Below are positions 45,931 to 55,543 of a stretch of 64,000 nt of DNA, piece after piece. Numbering within the stretch: position 1 is the first letter of the stretch; each line of letters opens with the position of its first letter. The DNA is from a virus. The notes under the pieces are model-generated. The model ran no database searches. It was not told the origin of the DNA and saw only the letters and a program-made list of their open reading frames with translations. The stretch spans positions 1 through 64,000 of IMG/VR virus record IMGVR_UViG_3300005663_000028, one strand, 5' to 3'. The translations under genes and the position numbers were made by a program.

Positions 45931-48900
45931 ATGGATATCGGAGCTATTCAACGTAACGGTATGGATATTGGAGCAATCCAATCTACTGCCTCGCCATCGA
46001 CTTCTGGGATAACAGTTTCTGGCAATCTATATATTGAAGGAACTATTAAATCAACAGACAATATAACACTATATACATTTGGGCGAGATACTCGCTATTG
46101 TCTATATTCTGACAATGTAGTTTTTTATCATCCATGTAATAACCGCATAGAAGACACACAACAATTACTATGGAATGAAAATGCCGTTACACTTTCTGAA
46201 GGTATACTCGTCAGTGGGATTACCACAACTACAAGTGGTTTAACACACATGACTTACGATAATCAGAATGGTCGATACCAAACACTGGAGGGTACGACTA
46301 GTTTTGCTGTTGCATTTTGGACCAGATATTTCTTCAGGACTGGGCCGGATGCAAATATATTTATTGGAAGCTGCTCTAATTCCGAAGGAATGGACGTCAC
46401 AGATGGCTTGCACATACATGGTCAAAACGGCAAGCCGTACGTTCACATTAACGGAGATGAAGGTACCGGAGGAAGTTCCCTCAATCCAACACCGACAGAC
46501 GATGAGTGGCATTTTGTTGTTCTGTATACAGAAATATCCGGTGGTCAGTGGCACACATACGGAAGTATAGATGCTGGGGAATTAAATCACCTTACTTCTC
46601 AGGGCAGTATTTTTGCTCCAATGAGTGGGCAAAGATATTTTTTGATTCACATAGAAGATGTCAACGAGGCATCGCCTGCTCCTATAATAGATGAAGTGAT
46701 AGCCTGGACCGGATTGGCTTCGCCATTTACTGCCGATGAAATTCTTGGTTTAAGAGATCGGGTTTGGGTTCATGGTATTCCAATGGATGCAAATATGGAC
46801 CACCTTGACTCGACAAGTAACTTTGATTTGTTTGTTGAGGGATATACTAATTTCACAGCCTCTGGTGATATGTTTATAGAAAGTACTATACAAACAACTG
46901 CTTCTGGAGATATGTTTACGTTTGGAAGATCATCAGATGGTATGCTAAGACCAAATGATGTTGTCTTCTATCATCCTCTTAATGATAATCAAGAATACAC
47001 CGTCCAGAGTGTGTGGTCTGGAGATGCTAATTTTGTAAACGGACAGATAGGTGACGCATTAACAGCAGAATTAATGATAGGCCAATATGGAGATGCTATA
47101 GAATTTAGTGCTAGTAGCAACTTGTATACCTCAATTGAAAGAATAAGCGATAGTACTTTTGTTGTAGGTCACAGGGGGCTTGGTAGTTCTGGTGTGGCGA
47201 AGATAGGAACGGTTACTGGCCAAACGGCAGTGCTGCATGACGATGCTGTTTTTGCGGCAGCAATTGGTCTTAATGACATATCAAGTATCGAAGAAGATAG
47301 GTTTGTTGTTGTCTACGAAGATCGCGACTTACCTAACCATGGGTACGCAAAAGTTGGGTCTATTAGTGGTACAACCATAACATTTGGTGCGTCTGGTGCA
47401 TACATGTCTGATACAGGCAGCCTCGGAGCACCAATGTCTGTGTCTTTTTTAACCCCATCTTCGTTTGTGGTTGCTTATCAAGAGGGTTTGTCTCCAAACG
47501 ATGAAGTTGTCAAAATAGGAACTATGTCAGGTACAACCATAACATTTGGCTCTGGATACACATTTGCTCCGTCAGGAAATTCGTCATATGTAACCGTAGA
47601 CAGAATGTCTGATACAAAATTTGCAATTGCATATACCGACCAAAACGATGGAGCGAAGATAAAAGGTATAATAGGAACTGTTTCTTCTAGTGGGACAGTT
47701 GATTTTGGAGACGCAGCACAGTTTGCTACGAATGGTAGCAATATAGGTATGGCTATTCTAAATAGCGACCAAATAGTAGTTGGCTATAGACAGGGTTTTG
47801 CTAGTCTTGCTGGCGAATCTAAAATAGGGAGTGTGAGTGGAACTACTATTGGCGTAGGGGCTGCTTCACTGTTTTTGACTACTCAAGTATCCAGAGTAAC
47901 CATGAACAGAGTGAATGACACCGCTTTTCTGGTTACTTTTAGGGACGGAAGCAACGGTTTGAGTAAGCTAGGTACAGTTAGCGGTACTACGATAACATAC
48001 GGCGAAAGCTCTGAGTATTACGCAGTTGGTCCTACCCATATAGACTCAACAGTTTTAACAGAAAGTGTTTCTGTGGTAGGTTTTACTGCTAATGTTGGCA
48101 ATGGGCTGCTAACACTAAATCCACTCGACAATTCAAGTAATCTGTCTAGCTTAAGTGATGTTAACGAGTTTGTATATCCTGGCGTGTCTGGGAGCAGTCG
48201 TATCACAACCTGTCTGTGGGGGAACAATCCTACTTTGCAGCTATCTGCTGTAATCATAGAAAGAGGACAAAAAATAACACTTACATCCGATGAGGTGTCT
48301 TTAGGATCAGGTACCGTCTATTGGAATGGGGACAATATATCTTCGATGATGTCGGGGGTCAATGATGGGTTAAATCACTTATTGGTTTTAGATTTTGAAA
48401 ATACTTCTGGAAACGACTGGAGACTAAACACATCTGTTGATGGTGTTGGTTTTGTCGATCAAGGACTCCAGTCTAGCGGGTCTCAGTCCGTAGATGTCAC
48501 AGATACTTCTCCAGGTATTATAATCTCTGGGGTTAGTACATCACAATGGATAGACGAGGTTGTTGTCTGGGCTGGTGATAAAAATGTATTAACTCAATTC
48601 ACATCGACTGAACTTGATAGATTATATGCATTAGGACAATTTTTCGTTGAACCAATGCCTAATTATGATCAACGAATTCCCGTTTCGTCTGGCTCTAAAA
48701 GTCTTTTTATTGAGGGAAGTGTTTCTGCATTTATATCAAATTCGGCAGACCTATACATAAGTAGTTCAGAAGTCGATTCTAGTACAACATCTCTATATGT
48801 AAGAGGGAAAGAAAGTTTAACTGATTCGTCCACTCTGTCTATAGAAGGTCACGGCACAGAAACTCAGTCTGCCAGTCTATTCTTACATGGACTTGAAACA

Positions 48901-49845
48901 ATCAATGAAGATAAGACTCTATTCGTAGGTGGTCATGATACAGTCTTGGCGTCAGGCGAATTGTATGTTAATGGGCATATACCGACAATTGCTTCCGGGG
49001 AATTGTTCGTCAATGGACACAACACACCAATAGCATCTGGAGACATGTTTGTCGAGGGACTTGGTTTTCAAACTGCAACATGTAGTTTATATACAGCGGG
49101 ACCAATGAATATAGTAACAATATCCGGCAACTTGTATATTGCCGGTTGGGATACTTTTACTAGCTCTAGTGATCTGTTTGTTGAAGGACATACCCCATCA
49201 AACGGGAACTTCGATCTATTCACAACCTCTCATGAAATCGTCATAGCTTCGGGAGATATGTTCATCGGCGGATTAACCGATTCTCTGAATGATTCTGCAA
49301 CGTTGTTTATACATGGATGGGATAGCCTGGCGATATCTGGGGACATGGTAGTTACTGGACACGAACCGTTTGTTGCTTCTGAAGACTTATTCACCCTTGG
49401 CCTTACTTCATCTTCTGATTCAATTGGGCTATACACACAGGCGGGTTCGTTTGATTCTATGAATCTATTCATTGGTGGCGCAGCCGCTGGTGGATTAGCT
49501 CGGCCATTAGATTGGTTAATGAGGACATCGGATTATTCTCCGCAACTTATAGGAACAATGGATACAGTGGCGAGCGGTGTTAATATTCAGGTATGGGATA
49601 TCACCAATGGACAAAATGCATTAGTATCTATTACTAGTAGTGGTTGTTATTCCATTGGTGATACCGGTAGATGGGGGTGGTCAACTGCTAACTTATCAGG
49701 ACCACAAATAGACACAAGACAGTATTTCTATCGCATGACTTCTGATACAACCGAGGTATTTGACGGACAGTTTTTCATGAAAACTCCAGAAAAAGTAAAA
49801 TGGATTCATCCTGATGATCGTTCAAATTATTTGGTAATATTTTAG
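45931..49845 (+). CDS. large modular virion protein (LamG-like x2, propeller repeats, SGxLF repeats, shared C-terminal module)
   Basis: ATG at 45931 with GGAGG SD; WHFVV and IDEV..W LamG hallmarks. Confidence 0.75.
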   Translation: MDIGAIQRNGMDIGAIQSTASPSTSGITVSGNLYIEGTIKSTDNITLYTFGRDTRYCLYSDNVVFYHPCNNRIEDTQQLLWNENAVTLSEGILVSGITTTTSGLTHMTYDNQNGRYQTLEGTTSFAVAFWTRYFFRTGPDANIFIGSCSNSEGMDVTDGLHIHGQNGKPYVHINGDEGTGGSSLNPTPTDDEWHFVVLYTEISGGQWHTYGSIDAGELNHLTSQGSIFAPMSGQRYFLIHIEDVNEASPAPIIDEVIAWTGLASPFTADEILGLRDRVWVHGIPMDANMDHLDSTSNFDLFVEGYTNFTASGDMFIESTIQTTASGDMFTFGRSSDGMLRPNDVVFYHPLNDNQEYTVQSVWSGDANFVNGQIGDALTAELMIGQYGDAIEFSASSNLYTSIERISDSTFVVGHRGLGSSGVAKIGTVTGQTAVLHDDAVFAAAIGLNDISSIEEDRFVVVYEDRDLPNHGYAKVGSISGTTITFGASGAYMSDTGSLGAPMSVSFLTPSSFVVAYQEGLSPNDEVVKIGTMSGTTITFGSGYTFAPSGNSSYVTVDRMSDTKFAIAYTDQNDGAKIKGIIGTVSSSGTVDFGDAAQFATNGSNIGMAILNSDQIVVGYRQGFASLAGESKIGSVSGTTIGVGAASLFLTTQVSRVTMNRVNDTAFLVTFRDGSNGLSKLGTVSGTTITYGESSEYYAVGPTHIDSTVLTESVSVVGFTANVGNGLLTLNPLDNSSNLSSLSDVNEFVYPGVSGSSRITTCLWGNNPTLQLSAVIIERGQKITLTSDEVSLGSGTVYWNGDNISSMMSGVNDGLNHLLVLDFENTSGNDWRLNTSVDGVGFVDQGLQSSGSQSVDVTDTSPGIIISGVSTSQWIDEVVVWAGDKNVLTQFTSTELDRLYALGQFFVEPMPNYDQRIPVSSGSKSLFIEGSVSAFISNSADLYISSSEVDSSTTSLYVRGKESLTDSSTLSIEGHGTETQSASLFLHGLETINEDKTLFVGGHDTVLASGELYVNGHIPTIASGELFVNGHNTPIASGDMFVEGLGFQTATCSLYTAGPMNIVTISGNLYIAGWDTFTSSSDLFVEGHTPSNGNFDLFTTSHEIVIASGDMFIGGLTDSLNDSATLFIHGWDSLAISGDMVVTGHEPFVASEDLFTLGLTSSSDSIGLYTQAGSFDSMNLFIGGAAAGGLARPLDWLMRTSDYSPQLIGTMDTVASGVNIQVWDITNGQNALVSITSSGCYSIGDTGRWGWSTANLSGPQIDTRQYFYRMTSDTTEVFDGQFFMKTPEKVKWIHPDDRSNYLVIF

Positions 49846-49874
49846 TGGCAAATACTATTCATAGGTGGTAAAAG

Positions 49875-52800
49875 GTGGCATTACGTACATACATTGAAGC
49901 TTCCGGATCATGGATGAATCCTTCTGGTCCTACAGACAATCAGTGGTTAGAGCACGATTTGTCTCAGTACGGTGTGCCATCAGGTGCTGTGGCAGAAATA
50001 GCTATATCTAATATTGGCCCTCTTTTTCCCCAACTCGGAGGGGTTAGAGCTACTTCTGGTTCTATTAATCGCTATGTTGATATTATGAAATCAGAACCGA
50101 CTCCCGGCGATACATTTGTTACCATGAATGTTCAGGTAGATGCAAGTGGTAGAATTGATTATTTTTCAGAATTATTCATTTTTATTAAATTTGATCTCCT
50201 GGGATACTGGCCTGGGTGTGAATATGTTGAAAGAATTGATACGTTCGATCCAGTTGCAACCGGAGCTTGGGAAGGGTATGCATTAGATCAATATGGAGTT
50301 AGTGATGGTCAAGTAGTTGACATTCTTATGACCAACAGCGAAGATGACTTTGCTAACAACATGGGTGTTAGAACTAGTGGTTCATTCAGAAGTGAGTTAT
50401 TCGATCTGTCTGAAGCTGAAGATGGTGGTTTTAATCCTCTTGCCATACCGGTTGTGTCTAGCGGAAGTAACTCTGCAATTGAGATTTATACTGAAGACCC
50501 AGCAAATACTGAATTTGGTTTACTTGGTTATTTTTCAGACCCACCAGGAACTTTTGTTGAAACCACTGTATTCTATCCAGAACCAAGTGCTTCTGGTAGT
50601 TGGTCATCACTAGACGTTGGATCGTCTGGCTTGCCAAATAATGGCGTAGCATGTTTAATTGTTGGTAGAGGTTTGAATAGTTATGCTCAGGTTGGTTTGC
50701 GAGAAACAGATTCAGCGATAAATAGATCGTTTGATCTAAGTTTCTCCGAAGAGTCTAGTGGTAGGTCTTATCTATCGATGGCTGTAAATATTGATTCCAG
50801 TGGATATATTGAACAATATTCAAATGTCTTTTCTCCCGATGAACCACAGTTTGTTTGTGTCGGGTATTGGACTGATTTTATTAACGATTTATTAGTACCC
50901 ATTAATAATTCGGCAAACTTATTTATAGAAGGACATCGTGTTGTTTTATATAAAGAAGTTACCAGTATAGACAAAAGTCCCTTAACAACCGGGAGTTGGC
51001 AAACTGTAGATTTATCTTCTGGCGGATGTTCTCCTAACTCTGTAGCTGAAATACTTGTTGGAAATAAAGATACTTCACTTGGTGCTTATCTAGGAGTAAG
51101 AGCTAGCGGTTCAAGTTTGGATAGACATCTTTATTTAAGAGATTCCCCGCCATCTACCGGTAATCGAGATATTTACACGTGGCATGTTGCACTTAATAAT
51201 GATTCTAAAGCAGAAGTTTTTAGTAGCGGTGTCGTTGCAGATAATGACGACGTAAGATGTTTTGGATATTGGACTGGATGTAATTATGTAGAACTTTATG
51301 ATACATTTCAGATAGATACTCAAGGTGGATGGGTTAATCATAATTTATTGACATATGGAGTTCCTGTCGGTAAAGTGGTAGAAATTGTAATTATGAACGA
51401 GAGTATTTCATCACCTTACAGTGGTGGAGTAAGACAGGTTGGTTCAACTCTAAATCGTTTAGTTGATCTAGTTGGTATTTTTGGAAATTCTTCATCTAAA
51501 GTAGATGCTATTCCGATGTTTGTTAATACAAGCGGGGAGAATAGCACCATTCAAGTATATGCAGAGAGTTCTGGGTCAATGAGTTTTGGGGTGGTTGGTT
51601 ATTGGCAAGACGAACCCGGATTGTTTACCGAATTAATTACTTCAATAACTCCTAAACCAACGACTGGCTTGTGGGAGCAATACGACTTATTCACAGATAA
51701 CAGTATACCATCTGGCGTAGTTGCACATATTGCATTAGGAAATTCTCTACATAGTAATAACAATATTCTTGGAGTTAGAGGAATTAATACAAATCTAATT
51801 CAGAGATTACAACTAATTAGAGCAACAAAGGATTCTGCATCATCCTATTATGGTGTAGATTTTTATACATCTCACGTAAACGTAACAGATGGATACGTAG
51901 AATTTTATCACTTCAGATCAGCATCTGATACACAATTCACTGCGTTAGGGTATTGGGATATATTTCAGCAGGGGGGGGGTATAGTGTCTAATATATCTTC
52001 GTCTGGCTATCTGTTTACAGAAGGAATCAGCTTTTCCTCTGCGTCCAGTGATTTATTCACTCAGGGACATAAATTAATTGATTCATCTGGCAATCTTTAT
52101 TCCAAAGGACACACACAATTTAGTGAACAACGTAGTCTGTATATAAATGGACTATCTCTATTTTCAACGTTAGGAAATTTGTTTATAACAGGCACTAAAC
52201 TGGTAACAGCTTCCAGCAACCTATATATTCAAGGTGGTGTGAGTTTGACGCTATATGCCTGTGGGCACGAAGTCGCCAATGAACAATTAGATTTATTCAC
52301 ACATGGTATTGTAACTTTTTCAGACTATCGTGACTTATTTGTTCATGGTTACGCGAATATATCTGGTTCTTGTGTTTTATACACCCATGGTTCGGGAATA
52401 ATAGATTATAGTGAGAATTTTGGCTTGTTTGTCAATGGGTTTGAACCAAAACCTAGTATTTCCTGTCCGATTCTTGATACTTCGGCAGCTATTCAGATTA
52501 AAACTTCTTTAATCACTACTTATCAAAACCATATAGATGCGTTAATTAATCAGCTTGGTAAAAATGTAAATTTGGAATTTGATCCAATTAGAGAGCCGTG
52601 CCCGAATTGCGAATACGATACAATCAGAAATAGATCGACAGGTATCTATATTCCAGATGGACCCCGACCATTTGCTAGGGGACGTAGATGTCCATATTGC
52701 AAGGGTAGAGGTTTTACGGAAACGGCAGTTACAAAGTGTATTAAGTGTTTGATTCAATGGAATCCAGAAGACGCTGAAAAATATGACATATCAGTGGAGA

Positions 52801-52988
52801 GAAAAAAAGGTATTGTACGATTTAAGACCTATTTAACAGAGGCGGATGATTTGCTCAGAGCAAGAACAGTCCTCTCTAATTATGATATTGCCGCACAAAT
52901 GCAATTAAGAGTCAAGTTGGTCGCTGGTCCAATTCCTGTTGGACTTCGAGAAGACAGGTACTGTATCAGTTTTTGGGAGTTGATTTAA
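49875..52988 (+). CDS. neck / head-closure-like protein with a large N-terminal repeat extension
   Basis: four repeats of about 165 aa (L..YGVP, F..LGYW); SG.L...G repeats; C-terminal CPNC...CPYC domain. Confidence 0.65.
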   Translation: MALRTYIEASGSWMNPSGPTDNQWLEHDLSQYGVPSGAVAEIAISNIGPLFPQLGGVRATSGSINRYVDIMKSEPTPGDTFVTMNVQVDASGRIDYFSELFIFIKFDLLGYWPGCEYVERIDTFDPVATGAWEGYALDQYGVSDGQVVDILMTNSEDDFANNMGVRTSGSFRSELFDLSEAEDGGFNPLAIPVVSSGSNSAIEIYTEDPANTEFGLLGYFSDPPGTFVETTVFYPEPSASGSWSSLDVGSSGLPNNGVACLIVGRGLNSYAQVGLRETDSAINRSFDLSFSEESSGRSYLSMAVNIDSSGYIEQYSNVFSPDEPQFVCVGYWTDFINDLLVPINNSANLFIEGHRVVLYKEVTSIDKSPLTTGSWQTVDLSSGGCSPNSVAEILVGNKDTSLGAYLGVRASGSSLDRHLYLRDSPPSTGNRDIYTWHVALNNDSKAEVFSSGVVADNDDVRCFGYWTGCNYVELYDTFQIDTQGGWVNHNLLTYGVPVGKVVEIVIMNESISSPYSGGVRQVGSTLNRLVDLVGIFGNSSSKVDAIPMFVNTSGENSTIQVYAESSGSMSFGVVGYWQDEPGLFTELITSITPKPTTGLWEQYDLFTDNSIPSGVVAHIALGNSLHSNNNILGVRGINTNLIQRLQLIRATKDSASSYYGVDFYTSHVNVTDGYVEFYHFRSASDTQFTALGYWDIFQQGGGIVSNISSSGYLFTEGISFSSASSDLFTQGHKLIDSSGNLYSKGHTQFSEQRSLYINGLSLFSTLGNLFITGTKLVTASSNLYIQGGVSLTLYACGHEVANEQLDLFTHGIVTFSDYRDLFVHGYANISGSCVLYTHGSGIIDYSENFGLFVNGFEPKPSISCPILDTSAAIQIKTSLITTYQNHIDALINQLGKNVNLEFDPIREPCPNCEYDTIRNRSTGIYIPDGPRPFARGRRCPYCKGRGFTETAVTKCIKCLIQWNPEDAEKYDISVERKKGIVRFKTYLTEADDLLRARTVLSNYDIAAQMQLRVKLVAGPIPVGLREDRYCISFWELI

Positions 52989-53677
52989 TGACCGGTTCTG
53001 TGCAATTCAAACTAGAATTCACACCGAACACCATGAAGCAATTGCGCGACGGTGTTAAGAGGGAGGGGTCTAGAGTATGGGCAGGACGTGTAATGGCTAA
53101 TGCGTCTGTAATTAGCAGCGAAATTGGGTTTATGCTAGTTCATATTCTAAATAACACTCCTGTAGCTAGGGCTCTCCGAGGGAACGGTATGGATGATTTG
53201 CCTGCACATCTAGGACTGACCGATAGTATGGCTAATGGTTTGGTTGATGGAATGGGTGCATTGATACAAAAATCTGTTCGAATTTCAGGAAAAGGTACTT
53301 CGGTAAGAATCCAGGCTGTGAGCAGTGATTGGGACGAATATTTATCTTTACCTGGAGCCGAATACATATCTCACCCATCAAACGTTACTGTCCCAGTGGT
53401 TAAATGGCTTCTTGTTAATCCAAGCATTGATATAGGTCAGGCTGCGTATGACATTGTGTTTGTGGGAGAAGACAACAAGATCGATGCAAGAATACAAAAA
53501 GTGTCGCGAAGTGGTAGGGCGATTATGGTTTCATTGGACAGTTTGGGTGGCAGTGGTGGGTATGTTTTACCAAGTATTATATCAGGGCAGGCTGGTCAAA
53601 ACTTTATCGAATACGTTATGAGACAAAAGGGTGTTGCAACACAGGCCGCAATCATTTTGATGAAGAGGGTGAAATAG
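52988..53677 (+). CDS. putative neck / tail-completion protein
   Basis: position between head closure and tail terminator; ATG at 52988. Confidence 0.5.
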   Translation: MTGSVQFKLEFTPNTMKQLRDGVKREGSRVWAGRVMANASVISSEIGFMLVHILNNTPVARALRGNGMDDLPAHLGLTDSMANGLVDGMGALIQKSVRISGKGTSVRIQAVSSDWDEYLSLPGAEYISHPSNVTVPVVKWLLVNPSIDIGQAAYDIVFVGEDNKIDARIQKVSRSGRAIMVSLDSLGGSGGYVLPSIISGQAGQNFIEYVMRQKGVATQAAIILMKRVK

Positions 53678-53678
53678 T

Positions 53679-54614
53679 ATGTCTTTAACATTCAGGGGAA
53701 TAGACTCTGCGGGATTCGGCGGTTACGCTTTGACCGACCAATTGCTTTATAACCTGAAGTGGTGGGTTGACTGGAATTTACTCAACAATGGTGCTTACGG
53801 AATTTATGAATACGATTCAGCCAGTTGGTATGATGATGATGAATCTAAGTTACACCCAGTCTCCGACGAAAGGTATGTCGCTGGGCGAGTTTGGAATGGC
53901 GCGGGCCGTGAGTGGGTGTGGGAAAGTGGTGTGTCCCTGGGCGGTGGGGCGGTTGATCCATTTCGTGTTTCTGGTGTGTATATTGAGAGTGATTTTTATC
54001 CAATTTCTGAAACCGGCATCAACCAACACCATGTCGATTATCAACATGGTCGTATTATTTTCGACGAACCAAAAAGTTCAACAGACGATATCAGAGCCGA
54101 ATACACCCGGCGGTCAGTATACGTTGGATTCGCAGACGAACCTGATTTTCGGGTTTTAATGCTGGATGCAATAGAGGAATTTCTTACCGACTCTTCTACG
54201 TCTGGCACCCCTTCTAGGGAGCATCAAATCTGGCTACCCAGTATTTTTATTGAAGTTACAAGTACTGGGAAAGGACGGGGCTTAGAGCTTGGTGGGGGGC
54301 AAATAAAAGAAATATATGTTACTTTTCACATATTTGCTGATAATCCCCAAGATAGGAATTTATTAAAAGACTGGCTTGATTATCAAAGTAGGACTACATT
54401 TTGGATGGCCGATCTCAACGCGATTACCATGCCCTTTGATGTATATGGTGATATTGTGCCTGGGGTGACAAATTGGGTAAATATGGTAGCCACAAACCCC
54501 TGGAAGCGGTTGAGGGTTATGAACAGCATCGCAACAACACTTAATTCATTAAATTCTCAGTTATTTAGGGCTCGTGTTGTTTTTGAAATCGAGGTAGATT
54601 TTAAAGGAATTTAG
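53679..54614 (+). CDS. putative tail terminator / completion protein
   Basis: LPSIFIE...GLELGGGQ...V.FHIFAD; precedes the tail tube gene. Confidence 0.55.
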   Translation: MSLTFRGIDSAGFGGYALTDQLLYNLKWWVDWNLLNNGAYGIYEYDSASWYDDDESKLHPVSDERYVAGRVWNGAGREWVWESGVSLGGGAVDPFRVSGVYIESDFYPISETGINQHHVDYQHGRIIFDEPKSSTDDIRAEYTRRSVYVGFADEPDFRVLMLDAIEEFLTDSSTSGTPSREHQIWLPSIFIEVTSTGKGRGLELGGGQIKEIYVTFHIFADNPQDRNLLKDWLDYQSRTTFWMADLNAITMPFDVYGDIVPGVTNWVNMVATNPWKRLRVMNSIATTLNSLNSQLFRARVVFEIEVDFKGI

Positions 54615-54635
54615 AGTCTGAATCGCATAGAGTTG

Positions 54636-54643
54636 GTGTATAA
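54636..54643 (+). promoter_or_regulatory. putative late promoter GTGTATAA
   Basis: upstream of the LAGLIDADG gene. Confidence 0.5.
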
Positions 54644-54664
54644 GATATACAAGGAGGTGTACTT

Positions 54665-55495
54665 ATGCAGGACAGAAAAACAAGATCAGATCAGTGGAAT
54701 CCAGAGGAAAAGGTAGTACAGGAAATAATTGGAAAATACGAGGAGAGAAAGTCTGCTAGACAATTGGGGTTTGAGTACGGTGTGGCCGATGTTACAATTA
54801 CATCATTGCTTGAAAGACGTGGTGTTTTTGTAAGGAACAGAAGCAACGCAAGAAGAACCAATCAGATTAAAGAAGACATATTTGATGTCATTACAGAAGA
54901 AAGTGCTTATTGGATAGGGTTTTTGCTGGCTGATGGGAACGTGTATCACCCTAAAAAACGATCTAAGCAGTTGAACCTAGGTTTAGCAGCAAGAGATTGG
55001 GAGCATTTAGAGAAATTCAAAAAATTCGTTGGGTCAAACAAGAAGTTATATTACAACAGCAATAATAATGGGGTTTTTATCAGCATATACTCAAACAGAA
55101 TTGTCGAGAAGTTGGAAGAATACGGCATTGTCCTCAGAAAAAGTAAGATAGCCAAAGTTCCAGAGTTACTGAAAAACAATAGACATTTTTGGAGGGGAGT
55201 GGTTGATGGGGATGGATGGGTAGGTATTTCGGGCAATGGGTATCCATTTCTAGGTTTGTGTGGTACATTAGATATTGTAAGTGGTTTTATGAATTTTGTA
55301 GGAAAGACTGTTTCTATTCGAACAAAACCTGGGTGTAGTGAATTAAAATATGGTTGTACAACTGCCAAGATTATTTCCGATAGATTATATGGGGATTGTA
55401 CCCTATTTTTACAAAGAAAATATGACAACTATTTACATATTCAAAATTGGATCACAAAATGCGTGCAAAATAGATCACTTCGGTGTATAAGATAG
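54665..55495 (+). CDS. free-standing LAGLIDADG homing endonuclease with N-terminal HTH
   Basis: AYWIGFLLADGNV and HFWRGVVDGDGWV motifs. Confidence 0.88.
   Translation: MQDRKTRSDQWNPEEKVVQEIIGKYEERKSARQLGFEYGVADVTITSLLERRGVFVRNRSNARRTNQIKEDIFDVITEESAYWIGFLLADGNVYHPKKRSKQLNLGLAARDWEHLEKFKKFVGSNKKLYYNSNNNGVFISIYSNRIVEKLEEYGIVLRKSKIAKVPELLKNNRHFWRGVVDGDGWVGISGNGYPFLGLCGTLDIVSGFMNFVGKTVSIRTKPGCSELKYGCTTAKIISDRLYGDCTLFLQRKYDNYLHIQNWITKCVQNRSLRCIR
55483..55490 (+). promoter_or_regulatory. putative late promoter GTGTATAA
   Basis: upstream of tail tube, overlapping the end of the endonuclease gene. Confidence 0.5.
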
Positions 55496-55543
55496 TGATG
55501 GTTAGCAACTTTGGGATAGTTAATAGAAAGGGAGATGATTTAG

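Noticed and set aside
45921-45933. Programmed +1 frameshift joining the 44973 and 45931 genes
   Set aside because: A GGT to GTT slip is non-cognate, and the downstream ATG has its own well-spaced SD
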